24,368 bases of DNA from assembly GCA_016214375.1 (NCBI GenBank), contig JACROQ010000128.1, forward strand, positions 1 to 24,368, given 5' to 3'. The notes under the pieces are model-generated. The model was given only the letters and a program-made list of their open reading frames with translations. It had not been told where the DNA came from and searched no databases. Shown one piece after another: positions 15,991 to 24,368 of the stretch (positions within the stretch are counted from its first letter, which is position 1; each line of letters starts with the position of its first letter). Position numbers and translations under genes: made by a program. This stretch comes from Nitrospirota bacterium (GTDB taxonomy: Bacteria; Nitrospirota; 9FT-COMBO-42-15; HDB-SIOI813).

Positions 15991-17550
15991 CTTTTTCCCC
16001 CGCATTATCCTCCACAAAAACACAAGCTCCTCGCTTTTCAGAAAATAGAGGACCATCCCATAAGAGATTACGCTTAAAATGATACCCCCTGCCAGGAGGC
16101 CTGTCTTCATAGCAATATGCCCGTTCGTTGCCCAGATATCCCCCTTTGTGATGAACCATGCAATGACCCCCATGAGGAGGTTGGCCGGGATCATCTTTTT
16201 GAGGGAACCAAGGATCTCAGTCATATTAATCCTCCCCATCCTCTTTCTGAGCGCCCATATCAGAAAGGAGAGATTGACCATGGCCGCCACCGACGTGGCA
16301 AGCGCCAACCCCCCATGCTTTAGCGGCCCCATCAGGATGAGGGAGAGGATAATATTGACGGCAACCGCTATGGCTGCGGCCTTGGCAGGTGTCTTTGTGT
16401 CCTGCAGGGCATAGAAGGTCTGGGCAGTCACCCGGGTCCCTGCGAAGGCCCATAGACCGACGCTGTAGAATAAGAGGGCCTCTGCCGTGCCGAGGGTCGC
16501 GCGGTAATCAAAGGCCCTGGATTGAAACAACACGCTCACGATGGGAATCCTCAGTGCGATCAACCCTGTCATTGCAGGGAGGGTTATCAGCAATAAGAGC
16601 CTGACGGCAAAGGAGTATGTATTCCGCATCTCCTCATATTCCCTTTTTACAGCGGATGCCGAGAGGGTCGGCAGGATTGCCGAGGCCATCGCCACCCCGA
16701 ATATCCCAAGGGGAAAGTGTATCAGCCTGATTCCGTAGTACAGGTAGGCAACACTCCCCTCGTCCAGATAGGAGGAGAGGAGGGTATTCACAAATATGTT
16801 CAACTGGGTCACTGAAAGCCCAAGGATCATGGGGAGCACGAGCCTCCCTATCCGAATGACCCCCGGGTGGGTGGGTTCAAAATGCCAGCCCAGATTCATC
16901 TTCTTCTTCCACAACACCGGGAGCTGAATCCCAAACTGAAAGATCCCGCCAAGGATGACACCGACCGCAAGACCGTATACGGGGATACTAAAGAAACGAG
17001 AGAAGACATAGACCCCGCTGATCATAAATATCGAGAGCATAACTGAAGAAAGCCCGGGGATGAAAAAGGAACCGAGGGTGTTTAAGATCCCCATCGCAAG
17101 AGCGGCAAGGGATACGAAGAGGAGATAAGGGAACATCATACGGGTGAGTCCTACCGTAAGGGCAAATTTGCCGCCGGTAGCATGAAAACCAGGGGCGATC
17201 AGGGTGACCACCAGAGGGGTGGCAATCATGCCGATGACCGTGACCGTTATCAGCAAAACGAGCAGGATCGTAAAGACGGACTTTGCAAGCCTCAGGGCCT
17301 CTTCCCTGCCATGGGTATGGAGTTCCCTGCTAAAGACGGGGATGAATGCCGCTGACATGGAACCCTCGGCAAACAGCTCCCTCAGGAGCCCGGGGATCCG
17401 GTAGGCGACAAAAAAGGCATCCGCCACCATCCCGGCGCCGAACACCCGTGCCACGACCATATCCCTTATAAAGCCAAAGACCCTGCTGATCAGGGTGGTG
17501 CTGCCAAAGATGGCCGCAGCCCTGGCAACCTTTGTATGATTATTCATCAC
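15964..17550 (-). CDS. murJ: Lipid II flippase MurJ (MviN)
   Basis: TLISRVFGFIRD, ADAFFVAYRIPGLLRELFAEG, multiple TM segments, FYALQDTKTP; divergent from rpsT. Confidence 0.96.
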   Translation of the reverse strand: MMNNHTKVARAAAIFGSTTLISRVFGFIRDMVVARVFGAGMVADAFFVAYRIPGLLRELFAEGSMSAAFIPVFSRELHTHGREEALRLAKSVFTILLVLLITVTVIGMIATPLVVTLIAPGFHATGGKFALTVGLTRMMFPYLLFVSLAALAMGILNTLGSFFIPGLSSVMLSIFMISGVYVFSRFFSIPVYGLAVGVILGGIFQFGIQLPVLWKKKMNLGWHFEPTHPGVIRIGRLVLPMILGLSVTQLNIFVNTLLSSYLDEGSVAYLYYGIRLIHFPLGIFGVAMASAILPTLSASAVKREYEEMRNTYSFAVRLLLLITLPAMTGLIALRIPIVSVLFQSRAFDYRATLGTAEALLFYSVGLWAFAGTRVTAQTFYALQDTKTPAKAAAIAVAVNIILSLILMGPLKHGGLALATSVAAMVNLSFLIWALRKRMGRINMTEILGSLKKMIPANLLMGVIAWFITKGDIWATNGHIAMKTGLLAGGIILSVISYGMVLYFLKSEELVFLWRIMRGKKGDTPHISS

Positions 17551-17580
17551 TTGACAGACTAATACATTTTATGTTAAAAG
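17551..17580 (+). promoter_or_regulatory. Putative rpsT promoter
   Basis: TTGACA-N18-TAAAAG with an extended TGn motif. Confidence 0.4.
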
Positions 17581-17614
17581 TTAAGACCAATTTTACAACA
17601 AAGGAGAAAATAGA

Positions 17615-17887
17615 GTGGCTACACACAAATCCGCCCTTAAAAGGATCAGACAATCAGAAAAGAGAAGGCAGAGGAACAGAGCGGCCCTCTCCACCATGAA
17701 GACGGTCATCAAGAAGGTCCATTCCTCTCTCGAAGGAAAAGACCCGCAGAAGCTCAGTGAGCAGCTTAGAGAGGCCGTATCGTATATCGATAAGATTGCG
17801 GATAAAAAGATTATCCACAAGAATAAGGCCGGCAGGATGATATCGAGGCTGACCACTAAGGCAAACCGGACCTCAAACCCGAAATAA
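17615..17887 (+). CDS. rpsT: 30S ribosomal protein S20
   Basis: MATHKSALKRIRQSEKRR.RN...IIHKNKAGR; AAGGAG RBS; GTG start. Confidence 0.96.
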   Translation: MATHKSALKRIRQSEKRRQRNRAALSTMKTVIKKVHSSLEGKDPQKLSEQLREAVSYIDKIADKKIIHKNKAGRMISRLTTKANRTSNPK

Positions 17888-17896
17888 CCGAAAGCC

Positions 17897-17948
17897 AGGG
17901 GTCAGGTCTTGAATTTTGACGTACATCAAAATTCAAGACCTGACCCCT
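17897..17948. repeat. GGGGTCA-ended perfect hairpin (23-bp arms, 6-nt loop), possible bidirectional terminator
   Basis: AGGGGTCAGGTCTTGAATTTTGA / TCAAAATTCAAGACCTGACCCCT between convergent rpsT and holA. Confidence 0.9.
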
Positions 17949-17953
17949 TCATT

Positions 17954-18949
17954 TCACCGGTGGATGGAGAGGAAAAGCTCCTCCAGCACCCTCTCCGGTC
18001 TTAATGCACCCCCCTTAAGCCTGCTGTCCACATCTATAAGCCTTTCAAACAATCTTTGCAGCTCTTTCTTTGAAAACTTCCGGAGCCGCTGTGAAAACTC
18101 CCCCACCTTAAAACCAGGGACCCCCGCCTCTTTCGCCGCCTCTTCTGCTGACTCTCCGGCCTCCATGAGTATCTTCGCCTTCAACATCATCCGGAACTCC
18201 CTCACAACAAAATAAAAAATCCTGACCGGCGGTTCCCCTTCATCAATGGCCCTCTTTAAAAAAAACAAGGCATCTTTAAATCTCTTCTCGATGACTGCGT
18301 TCACGACCTCAAAGACCGAGATACTCCTCATACTGCTGGAGACCCCTGCCACGTCTTTAAGGGTGATCTGTTTCCTGTCTCCGCAATAGAGGACCAGTTT
18401 TTCGATATCATGATGGAGGGTCCACAGATCATTCCCAATGACATCGGCCAGCATGGACAGGGCATCCTGATCGATACCCATTCCGGCATTTTTGATCTTT
18501 TGCCTAACCCAGTTCAAGAGGTTTTGCTTATGCAGAGGCTGGCATAATATGACCAGGCCGGCCTTCTCCACTAAGCTTGAAAACTTCTCCCTCCTGTCCA
18601 GCTTCGTGGCTGTAAGGATCAGGCAGGTCGTTGGGGAAGGTCTGTTAAGATAGGCCGTCACCCTCTCTTTTTCTTTTGCCTTCCACTCATCGATCCCTTT
18701 AACGATAACAACCCGCCATCCTGCCATGACAGGGAGTGTCTCTGCTACCTCCACGACCCTTGAGGCCTCAATATCGACGGCAGAGTAGCCATCATAGTTA
18801 AAATCCCTTGCCCCGCCCTCCAGGAATTTCTCACGGACTGTCCTGACCCCTTCATCAATAAAGAAGCTCTCCTCCCCGCAGAAGAGATAGACAGGCGAGG
18901 GCTTGAGCCGTGAAAATCTTTCGGCAAACTCAGGATAATTAATCGTCAC
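17954..18949 (-). CDS. holA: DNA polymerase III delta subunit
   Basis: PVYLFCGEESFFI, ETLPVM...RVVIVK, HDIEKL, IDVDSRLKGG; leuS-lptE-holA synteny. Confidence 0.9.
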   Translation of the reverse strand: MTINYPEFAERFSRLKPSPVYLFCGEESFFIDEGVRTVREKFLEGGARDFNYDGYSAVDIEASRVVEVAETLPVMAGWRVVIVKGIDEWKAKEKERVTAYLNRPSPTTCLILTATKLDRREKFSSLVEKAGLVILCQPLHKQNLLNWVRQKIKNAGMGIDQDALSMLADVIGNDLWTLHHDIEKLVLYCGDRKQITLKDVAGVSSSMRSISVFEVVNAVIEKRFKDALFFLKRAIDEGEPPVRIFYFVVREFRMMLKAKILMEAGESAEEAAKEAGVPGFKVGEFSQRLRKFSKKELQRLFERLIDVDSRLKGGALRPERVLEELFLSIHR

Positions 18950-19729
18950 TTACCACCCCTGTAATACCCTGTCTGCGGCATCTTGAGCGAGGTTCCGGGC
19001 AATCTCCCGGAGTGCCAGGAGCTTTGCAACCCTCGTGGGCATCACATCACTGCTCACCCTGTATTCTGCGCTCTCCGTCACATCCCTTTCCCATAATATT
19101 TCGTTTGATCCATTTGACGATCCGACAGGCGGGGCAGACCCGATAGGCGGGACATTCCTGTCCCGCTGACTCTCATTATCTGTTCTCTCTTCTTTATCCG
19201 GAGTTGTTACGCCAGAAGACTGCCTGACCAGTATTAAATGGGTTATGACGGTGATCCTGTACTCCAGGACATTCTGGTTCTGGTCAAAGGAGAGGGGAGA
19301 TTCCTTGTATGAGGTGACGCTGCCGCGGAGTATCAGCCCGGCCTGTGACCTGTCGACAACCTCTACCCTGCTGTCCCTGATGAACTCCTTGATAACGGCA
19401 GGGGTAAGCTCCTCTTCTACGATCGGTTCCAGGGTCCTGTTCTCAAAGACTGGGATGGCAATCGTCCTGACACCTCCCGGGATATGGACGCCCCTCCCGG
19501 CGATCTGATAACCGCAACCTGCAAAAGAGAACAAAGATAGAAGCAAGACCGCAAAAAAGGGGACAGATTTATTTTCCGGTGAAACACCCATGAGCCTCAG
19601 GTTCACAAAGGATGAAAATGTCACCCTGAGCCGAAGGCGAAGGGTCTGAAGTGTCAGATTCTTCGCTGCGCTCAGAATGACAGAACGGGATTTTCGAGTG
19701 AAAAATAAATCTGTCCCCTTTTCTTTCAT
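18950..19729 (-). CDS. lptE: LPS-assembly lipoprotein LptE-like protein (N-terminal element insertion; alternative start 19591)
   Basis: Lipobox FAGC followed by [13 protein letters not shown]; position between leuS and holA; ATGA overlap with leuS. Confidence 0.8.
   Translation of the reverse strand: MKEKGTDLFFTRKSRSVILSAAKNLTLQTLRLRLRVTFSSFVNLRLMGVSPENKSVPFFAVLLLSLFSFAGCGYQIAGRGVHIPGGVRTIAIPVFENRTLEPIVEEELTPAVIKEFIRDSRVEVVDRSQAGLILRGSVTSYKESPLSFDQNQNVLEYRITVITHLILVRQSSGVTTPDKEERTDNESQRDRNVPPIGSAPPVGSSNGSNEILWERDVTESAEYRVSSDVMPTRVAKLLALREIARNLAQDAADRVLQGW
19119..19166. repeat. 18-bp imperfect tandem repeat plus GCGGGACA-TTCC-TGTCCCGC palindrome inside lptE
   Basis: GATCCGACAGGCGGGGCA / GACCCGATAGGCGGGACA, then an 8-bp-stem hairpin at 19147-19166. 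Confidence 0.65.
19555..19722. mobile_element. Composite MITE-like element: 21-bp terminal IR (AAAAGGGGACAGATTTATTTT) enclosing a REP doublet (19619-19682)
   Basis: Perfect IR at 19555-19575 and 19702-19722; 168 bp long, a multiple of 3. Confidence 0.85.
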
Positions 19730-22248
19730 ACCACGATATTGACCAGCTTTTCCTGTACGACAAAGACCTTCCGGGGGGGCTTCCCTCCAAGGAGACCTGT
19801 GATCCTCTCATCTGAAAGCGCCCGTCTCCGGATCTCCTCCTCAGGCGTGCCCGCAGGGACCGTTATCTTGCTCCTCACCTTCCCATTGATCTGGATGACA
19901 ATAAGCCTCTCCTCCTCTTGGGCGATCTCGGTGCAATAGATAGGCCAGGGGACTCCGGTTACAGAAGACTCATATCCCATCATCTCCCACATCTCTTCAG
20001 TAATATGCGGTGCAAAGGGGGACAAGAGGAGGATCAGGCTGTCGAGGGACTCCTTCATGACATACAGAAATCCCTCATCTCCTGCACGGCCCTCATGGGG
20101 AACGAGATAAATATTGTTCACCATCTCCATAATAAAACTGATGGCGGTATTAAAATGAAAGACTTCGATGTTCTCACTGACCTTCTTGATGGTCTGATGG
20201 ACGACCTTCCGGAGCCTTTTTAAATCCTCGGGTAATCCGGCGCCGATCTCATCCAGCCGGTTTCTGTATTGATGGATGCCTCTCACCTTTAAATTCAGTT
20301 GGGGATTCAGGCAGGGGGCAAGATCCGCCACCTTTCTATAGACCCTCGACAGGAACCGAAAGGCGCCTTCCACACCCCGGTCGCTCCAGTCGAGGTCCTT
20401 CTCAGGCGGCGCTGCAAAGAGCGAAAAGAGCCTTGCGGTATCCGCCCCATAGGTCCCGATCAGATAGTCAGGATCAACCACGTTCCCCTTGGACTTTGAC
20501 ATCTTTGCCCCGTCTTTGATGACCATCCCCTGAGTTAATAGATTGGCAAAGGGCTCATTCACAGCGATCAGGCCGAGGTCACGGATCACCTTGGTAAAGA
20601 ATCTGGCATAGAGGAGGTGGAGGACGGCATGCTCAATGCCGCCGATGTACTGGTCCACATTCATCCAGTAGGAGACCGCCTGCTTATCAAAAGGGAGATG
20701 ATCTGTCTTAGGGGAACCATACCGGAGGAAATACCAGGACGAATCGACAAAGGTGTCCATGGTATCCGTCTCCCTCCGCGCCTCTCCGCCGCAGGAGGGA
20801 CAATGGGCCTTCACAAAGCCCTGGACCTGGTGAAGCGGGGAACCTCCTTTGCCTGTAAAGGCGACATCCCTTGGAAGAACGACAGGGAGGGCATCCTCCG
20901 GCACAGGGACAACACCGCATCGATCGCAATAGATAATCGGTATCGGGGTCCCCCAGTATCTCTGCCGCGAGACCCCCCAGTCCCGGATCTTGTAATTCAC
21001 TGTCCTCTTCCCCAGCCCCTCCTGTTCTATATATCCAGCGATCTTCTCTATCGCCTCTGGAGACGGGACCCCGCTAAACAGCCCTGAATTGACCAGCGGT
21101 CCCTCGTCAGTATAGGCCGCGGTCATCGTTCCTTCTGAAAGAGTCTCCTCTCTATTCTGGATGACCACCCTCATCGGGAGGTGGTACTTCTTTGCAAACT
21201 CAAAGTCCCTCTGGTCATGCGCTGGAACGGCCATGATGGCCCCTGTCCCATACTCCATCAGGACAAAGTTGGCAACCCACACCGGTATCTTCTTCTGTGT
21301 CAGCGGGTTGATCGCATATCTGCCGGTGCATACCCCCTCCTTCTCAACATCCTCCGCAGTCCTGATGACCCTATCCTGGTGTTTAACCCGCTCGACAAGG
21401 GCACGCACGGCTGCCTCTGCCTCAGTCCCCCTGATCAACGACTCTACAAGGGGATGTTCCGGGGCAAGACTCATGAATGTAGCCCCAAACAGGGTATCAG
21501 GCCTGGTCGTGAATATCCGGATTGCCCCATCCCCTGCGGCAAGGGGAAAGTCTACCTCTACGCCGGCGCTCTTGCCGATCCAGTTCCTCTGCATGATCAG
21601 CACCCTCTCCGGCCATCCGGTAAGCCTGTCACACCCTGCCAGGAGCTCCTCTGCATACTCCGTAATCTTAAAGAACCACTGCTCAAGCTCCTTTTGATCT
21701 ACGACAGAACTGCACCTCCAGCACTGACCATCAATGACCTGTTCATTGGCCAGCACGGTCTCGCAGGAATTACACCAGTTCACGCTTGATCTGCGTTTAT
21801 AGGCCAGCCCCTTCTCATACATCTTTAAGAAGAACCACTGATTCCATTTGTAATAAGCAGGATCGCAGGTCGTGACCTCGCGGTCCCAGTCATAGGAGAG
21901 CCCCATCTTCCTGAGCTGATCCCTCATATAGGCGATATTGTCATAGGTCCAGACAACAGGGTGCACCCCTTTGTCGATGGCCGCATTCTCAGCCGGGAGG
22001 CCAAAGGCATCCCACCCCATCGGGTGGAGAACATTATAGCCGCGCGTCTTCTTATAGCGCGCCACCACATCCCCGATGGCGTAATTGCGCACATGCCCCA
22101 TGTGGATCCTGCCGGAGGGATAGGGGAACATTTCAAGGCAGTAGTACTTGGCTTTGGAGGGGTCTTCCGTAACCCTGAACGTCTGATGCTCAGCCCAGTA
22201 GCGCTGCCACTTCGTCTCGATCTTTTTGGGTTCGTATTTGGATGTCAT
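19726..22248 (-). CDS. leuS: Leucyl-tRNA synthetase
   Basis: [13 protein letters not shown] (HIGH-type), CP1 editing domain [20 protein letters not shown]. Confidence 0.99.
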   Translation of the reverse strand: MTSKYEPKKIETKWQRYWAEHQTFRVTEDPSKAKYYCLEMFPYPSGRIHMGHVRNYAIGDVVARYKKTRGYNVLHPMGWDAFGLPAENAAIDKGVHPVVWTYDNIAYMRDQLRKMGLSYDWDREVTTCDPAYYKWNQWFFLKMYEKGLAYKRRSSVNWCNSCETVLANEQVIDGQCWRCSSVVDQKELEQWFFKITEYAEELLAGCDRLTGWPERVLIMQRNWIGKSAGVEVDFPLAAGDGAIRIFTTRPDTLFGATFMSLAPEHPLVESLIRGTEAEAAVRALVERVKHQDRVIRTAEDVEKEGVCTGRYAINPLTQKKIPVWVANFVLMEYGTGAIMAVPAHDQRDFEFAKKYHLPMRVVIQNREETLSEGTMTAAYTDEGPLVNSGLFSGVPSPEAIEKIAGYIEQEGLGKRTVNYKIRDWGVSRQRYWGTPIPIIYCDRCGVVPVPEDALPVVLPRDVAFTGKGGSPLHQVQGFVKAHCPSCGGEARRETDTMDTFVDSSWYFLRYGSPKTDHLPFDKQAVSYWMNVDQYIGGIEHAVLHLLYARFFTKVIRDLGLIAVNEPFANLLTQGMVIKDGAKMSKSKGNVVDPDYLIGTYGADTARLFSLFAAPPEKDLDWSDRGVEGAFRFLSRVYRKVADLAPCLNPQLNLKVRGIHQYRNRLDEIGAGLPEDLKRLRKVVHQTIKKVSENIEVFHFNTAISFIMEMVNNIYLVPHEGRAGDEGFLYVMKESLDSLILLLSPFAPHITEEMWEMMGYESSVTGVPWPIYCTEIAQEEERLIVIQINGKVRSKITVPAGTPEEEIRRRALSDERITGLLGGKPPRKVFVVQEKLVNIVV

Positions 22249-22257
22249 CTGTCCCCT

Positions 22258-22773
22258 TTACTCACTTTCCCCCCAGTTCAGGGAATCGCCGATCTGGATG
22301 AGCGTCTGTTCATCCCCTTCTGCATAAGGATGTTTCGATATGTGCACATCCACACAACTTCCCTTGTACACAAAGTAAAAGTTAGCATTGACAGATTTTA
22401 AACTCAGCCCCTGGATCTCAGCGTCAAAAACATACAACACCTGAGAGAGGCGCTCTGTATCAGAAATCCGGATGGTGGTTTTATCGATAAAAGGATTCAG
22501 CGCCGCCTTCTCCCAATAAGTGGAGCGGCACTCGGCATTCCCCCCGGAATCCCACGGTTCAACGTGAAAAGAAAATACGATACCGCTCTCTAAATCCTGG
22601 GCCATGTAACTGAATCGTTCGCCTGCAGACACTGTTTGAGCCTCAGCGCCTGATGGTATGTCAAAAGAGAGCTGCCAGCCGTGCCCTGGCACCGTTACCG
22701 AATGAAGCTCTGCCCGGACTTGCGAAGCCGAAAACAAAATCAGAAACGAAAATAGAAAAAAATGACCTTTCAT
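22258..22773 (-). CDS. Exported hypothetical protein
   Basis: Signal peptide-like MKGHFFLFSFLILFSASQVRA; GAGGAGG RBS; 171 aa; no family recognised. Confidence 0.7.
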   Translation of the reverse strand: MKGHFFLFSFLILFSASQVRAELHSVTVPGHGWQLSFDIPSGAEAQTVSAGERFSYMAQDLESGIVFSFHVEPWDSGGNAECRSTYWEKAALNPFIDKTTIRISDTERLSQVLYVFDAEIQGLSLKSVNANFYFVYKGSCVDVHISKHPYAEGDEQTLIQIGDSLNWGESE

Positions 22774-22869
22774 GACAGCACCTCCTCAACTTGCCGGCTC
22801 AACTTGCCGGAACTCACTGGTTTATCAACTGAACCATGGAACATTTATTTACGTGATTGCGGCCAAGGT

Positions 22870-22899
22870 ATTTTATGACTACGGGGCAAGGACTGTCAA
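22870..22899 (-). promoter_or_regulatory. Putative sigma70 promoter for hypothetical-leuS-lptE-holA
   Basis: TTGACA-N18-TAAAAT. Confidence 0.55.
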
Positions 22900-22989
22900 T
22901 GAAGAAAAACAAAAGGGGACAAACAAGGGTGAAAGGGTTACCTTTCCCGAACTACAGAAACCGGGACAGGATTAAGACATATACTCTCT

Positions 22990-24368
22990 CTATATCGCCG
23001 GGACGATTTCTCTTTTTTGTCTCTCTGGAAGTTTAACAAATATCTCGATAAGTCCTCTGATGCCGATGGAAGAGATTATGTTATACATCATGGCCAGGTA
23101 GGCAAGTATCATCAGGCTCCCGAAGAAGGCGGCGATAATCATATGGGGCTGAAAGGTTGTATCACCGGGGTATACTGCCCTTCTTAGCATGCCGTCCATC
23201 CCGGCAAAGCCCATCGCCACAGACATCCCGATTCCACCTATGAGATGTGCCCAGAAATGAAAGTTGGTCAACGACTTGCTCTTTAATTCCACATTGTTTG
23301 TCAGCATCGGAAAAAGGGCATAAAGGGCTGCGTACAGTGTCATGCCCAACCCCACCAGCATCTGCATATGGGCATGAGAACCGATGACCCACTGTGTATT
23401 ATGGAGGATTCGGTTCATCCCAAGATCTGCCTGTATAATACCGGCAGGCACCCCAAGGGAAAATCCTAGTATCCCGCCCAGCAGGAATTTCAATGGCGGC
23501 GTCATCTTTAAGGGGCGGGCCTGCCATAATGTCGCGAGTGTGATAAAGCCGGCAATCCCCATGGTAACAAGCTCAAATGCAGTCACCATCTCCCCTGAAA
23601 CTATCTTCATGAGGTTTGGCTGTGCTTGATCAGATAGAAGATGATGTCCCCAGACATTCCATGAGACCACCAGTTCAACCAATAGGGCTGCACGGGCTAT
23701 ATTCTGCATAAAAAGCGGCTTTCCGGATATTAGAGTGGCCAGCAGATACCACGTCCCTGCCACATAGATTAAGACCAACCCGTCTGCAATGAGGTCAAGC
23801 CCCCACCAGTAGATCAGTAGATGTTCTTGTATATAAGTGCATCCAACCACCCTGCTGAAAGGTGGGTCCCCATTAAGGTGTAAATGGCATGGACCAAAAA
23901 GATCACTGACGCCCCGCCCAGGACAACGGCATCCAGCACAGTATCAATTGTGCCGCGGAAAATGGCCACAACAGGCAGTGGCATGATCGGCTCTTTTTCG
24001 ATTCCCTTTCGTGCTATCCTGCGATAAAGGTTGATAAACCCGTCAATGCCCAGGGCGGACAGGAGCATCGGCCCAATAGGTTTTTTCTGGTCGCGCTGGT
24101 GAAAGACTGTGGCAAAGATGTTATAACAAAAAACGAAAATCCCCCCCATAAGGAGAATATTACCTATGGCAAATGTTCCCAAGGCATAAGGCGAAAACTC
24201 TTTAGAGACAGGGAGTGGCCAGTAGTTGGTATAAAGTGCAGCATAACGGAAGAAGAAGGAGCTGATCCAGATAAGACCTGCACCGGCTGTCATCGATATC
24301 CATGTTAGTTCTGCAAGTCTCTGACTATAAATGCTCTTTCCCAGTAAGGTAGGTACAAGGAAATAAAA
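22990..24368 (-). pseudogene. Heme-copper oxidase superfamily subunit I-like gene, frameshifted by an 8-bp duplication (5' end outside the window)
   Basis: VWGHH (helix VII), HNTQWVIGSHAH (helix X), GMDGMLRR. The two track ORFs join as KNIY|WWGLDL when one CAGTAGAT copy (23807-23822) is removed. The frame stays open to the window end. Confidence 0.8.

Noticed and set aside
20230-20330. Slightly long, AT-richer segment in the LeuS anticodon-domain region
   Set aside because: This linker varies naturally and I see no palindrome or repeat; it cannot be called an insertion without an alignment.
22774-22989. T-box or attenuator for leuS; 67-aa ORF 22772-22975
   Set aside because: No T-box consensus or terminator/antiterminator seen; the ORF has no RBS or motif and overlaps the predicted promoter.

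Overview
Bacterial chromosomal window, about 55% GC by eye in the core genes. The lineage is possibly Nitrospirota or a related deltaproteobacteria-like group (inference from gene order only). Two housekeeping blocks flank a roughly 6.4 kb decaying accessory island. The left block, on the minus strand, is DUF502-glmU-glmS-pcrA-gatC-panD-gatA-gatB. The right block is murJ and rpsT (divergent), then holA, lptE, leuS, a hypothetical gene and a frameshifted heme-copper oxidase subunit I. The island (about 9.6-16.0 kb) holds a relic integron: an IntI N-terminus with a 63-nt insertion, an attI-like site, a membrane-protein cassette, one clear 58-bp attC and a TIR-domain cassette. It also holds a string of intact and broken toxin-antitoxin genes. 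The window is densely colonised by small palindromic elements: six GGGG(A/T)CA-ended inverted repeats, TGTC-tagged REP-like doublets, nested composites of REPs inside other terminal inverted repeats, and 7-bp tandem arrays. These elements truncate genes, donate stop codons and sit in frame inside lptE and pcrA. No rRNA, tRNA or CRISPR array was seen. Family assignments come from motif recognition by eye; no database search was run.
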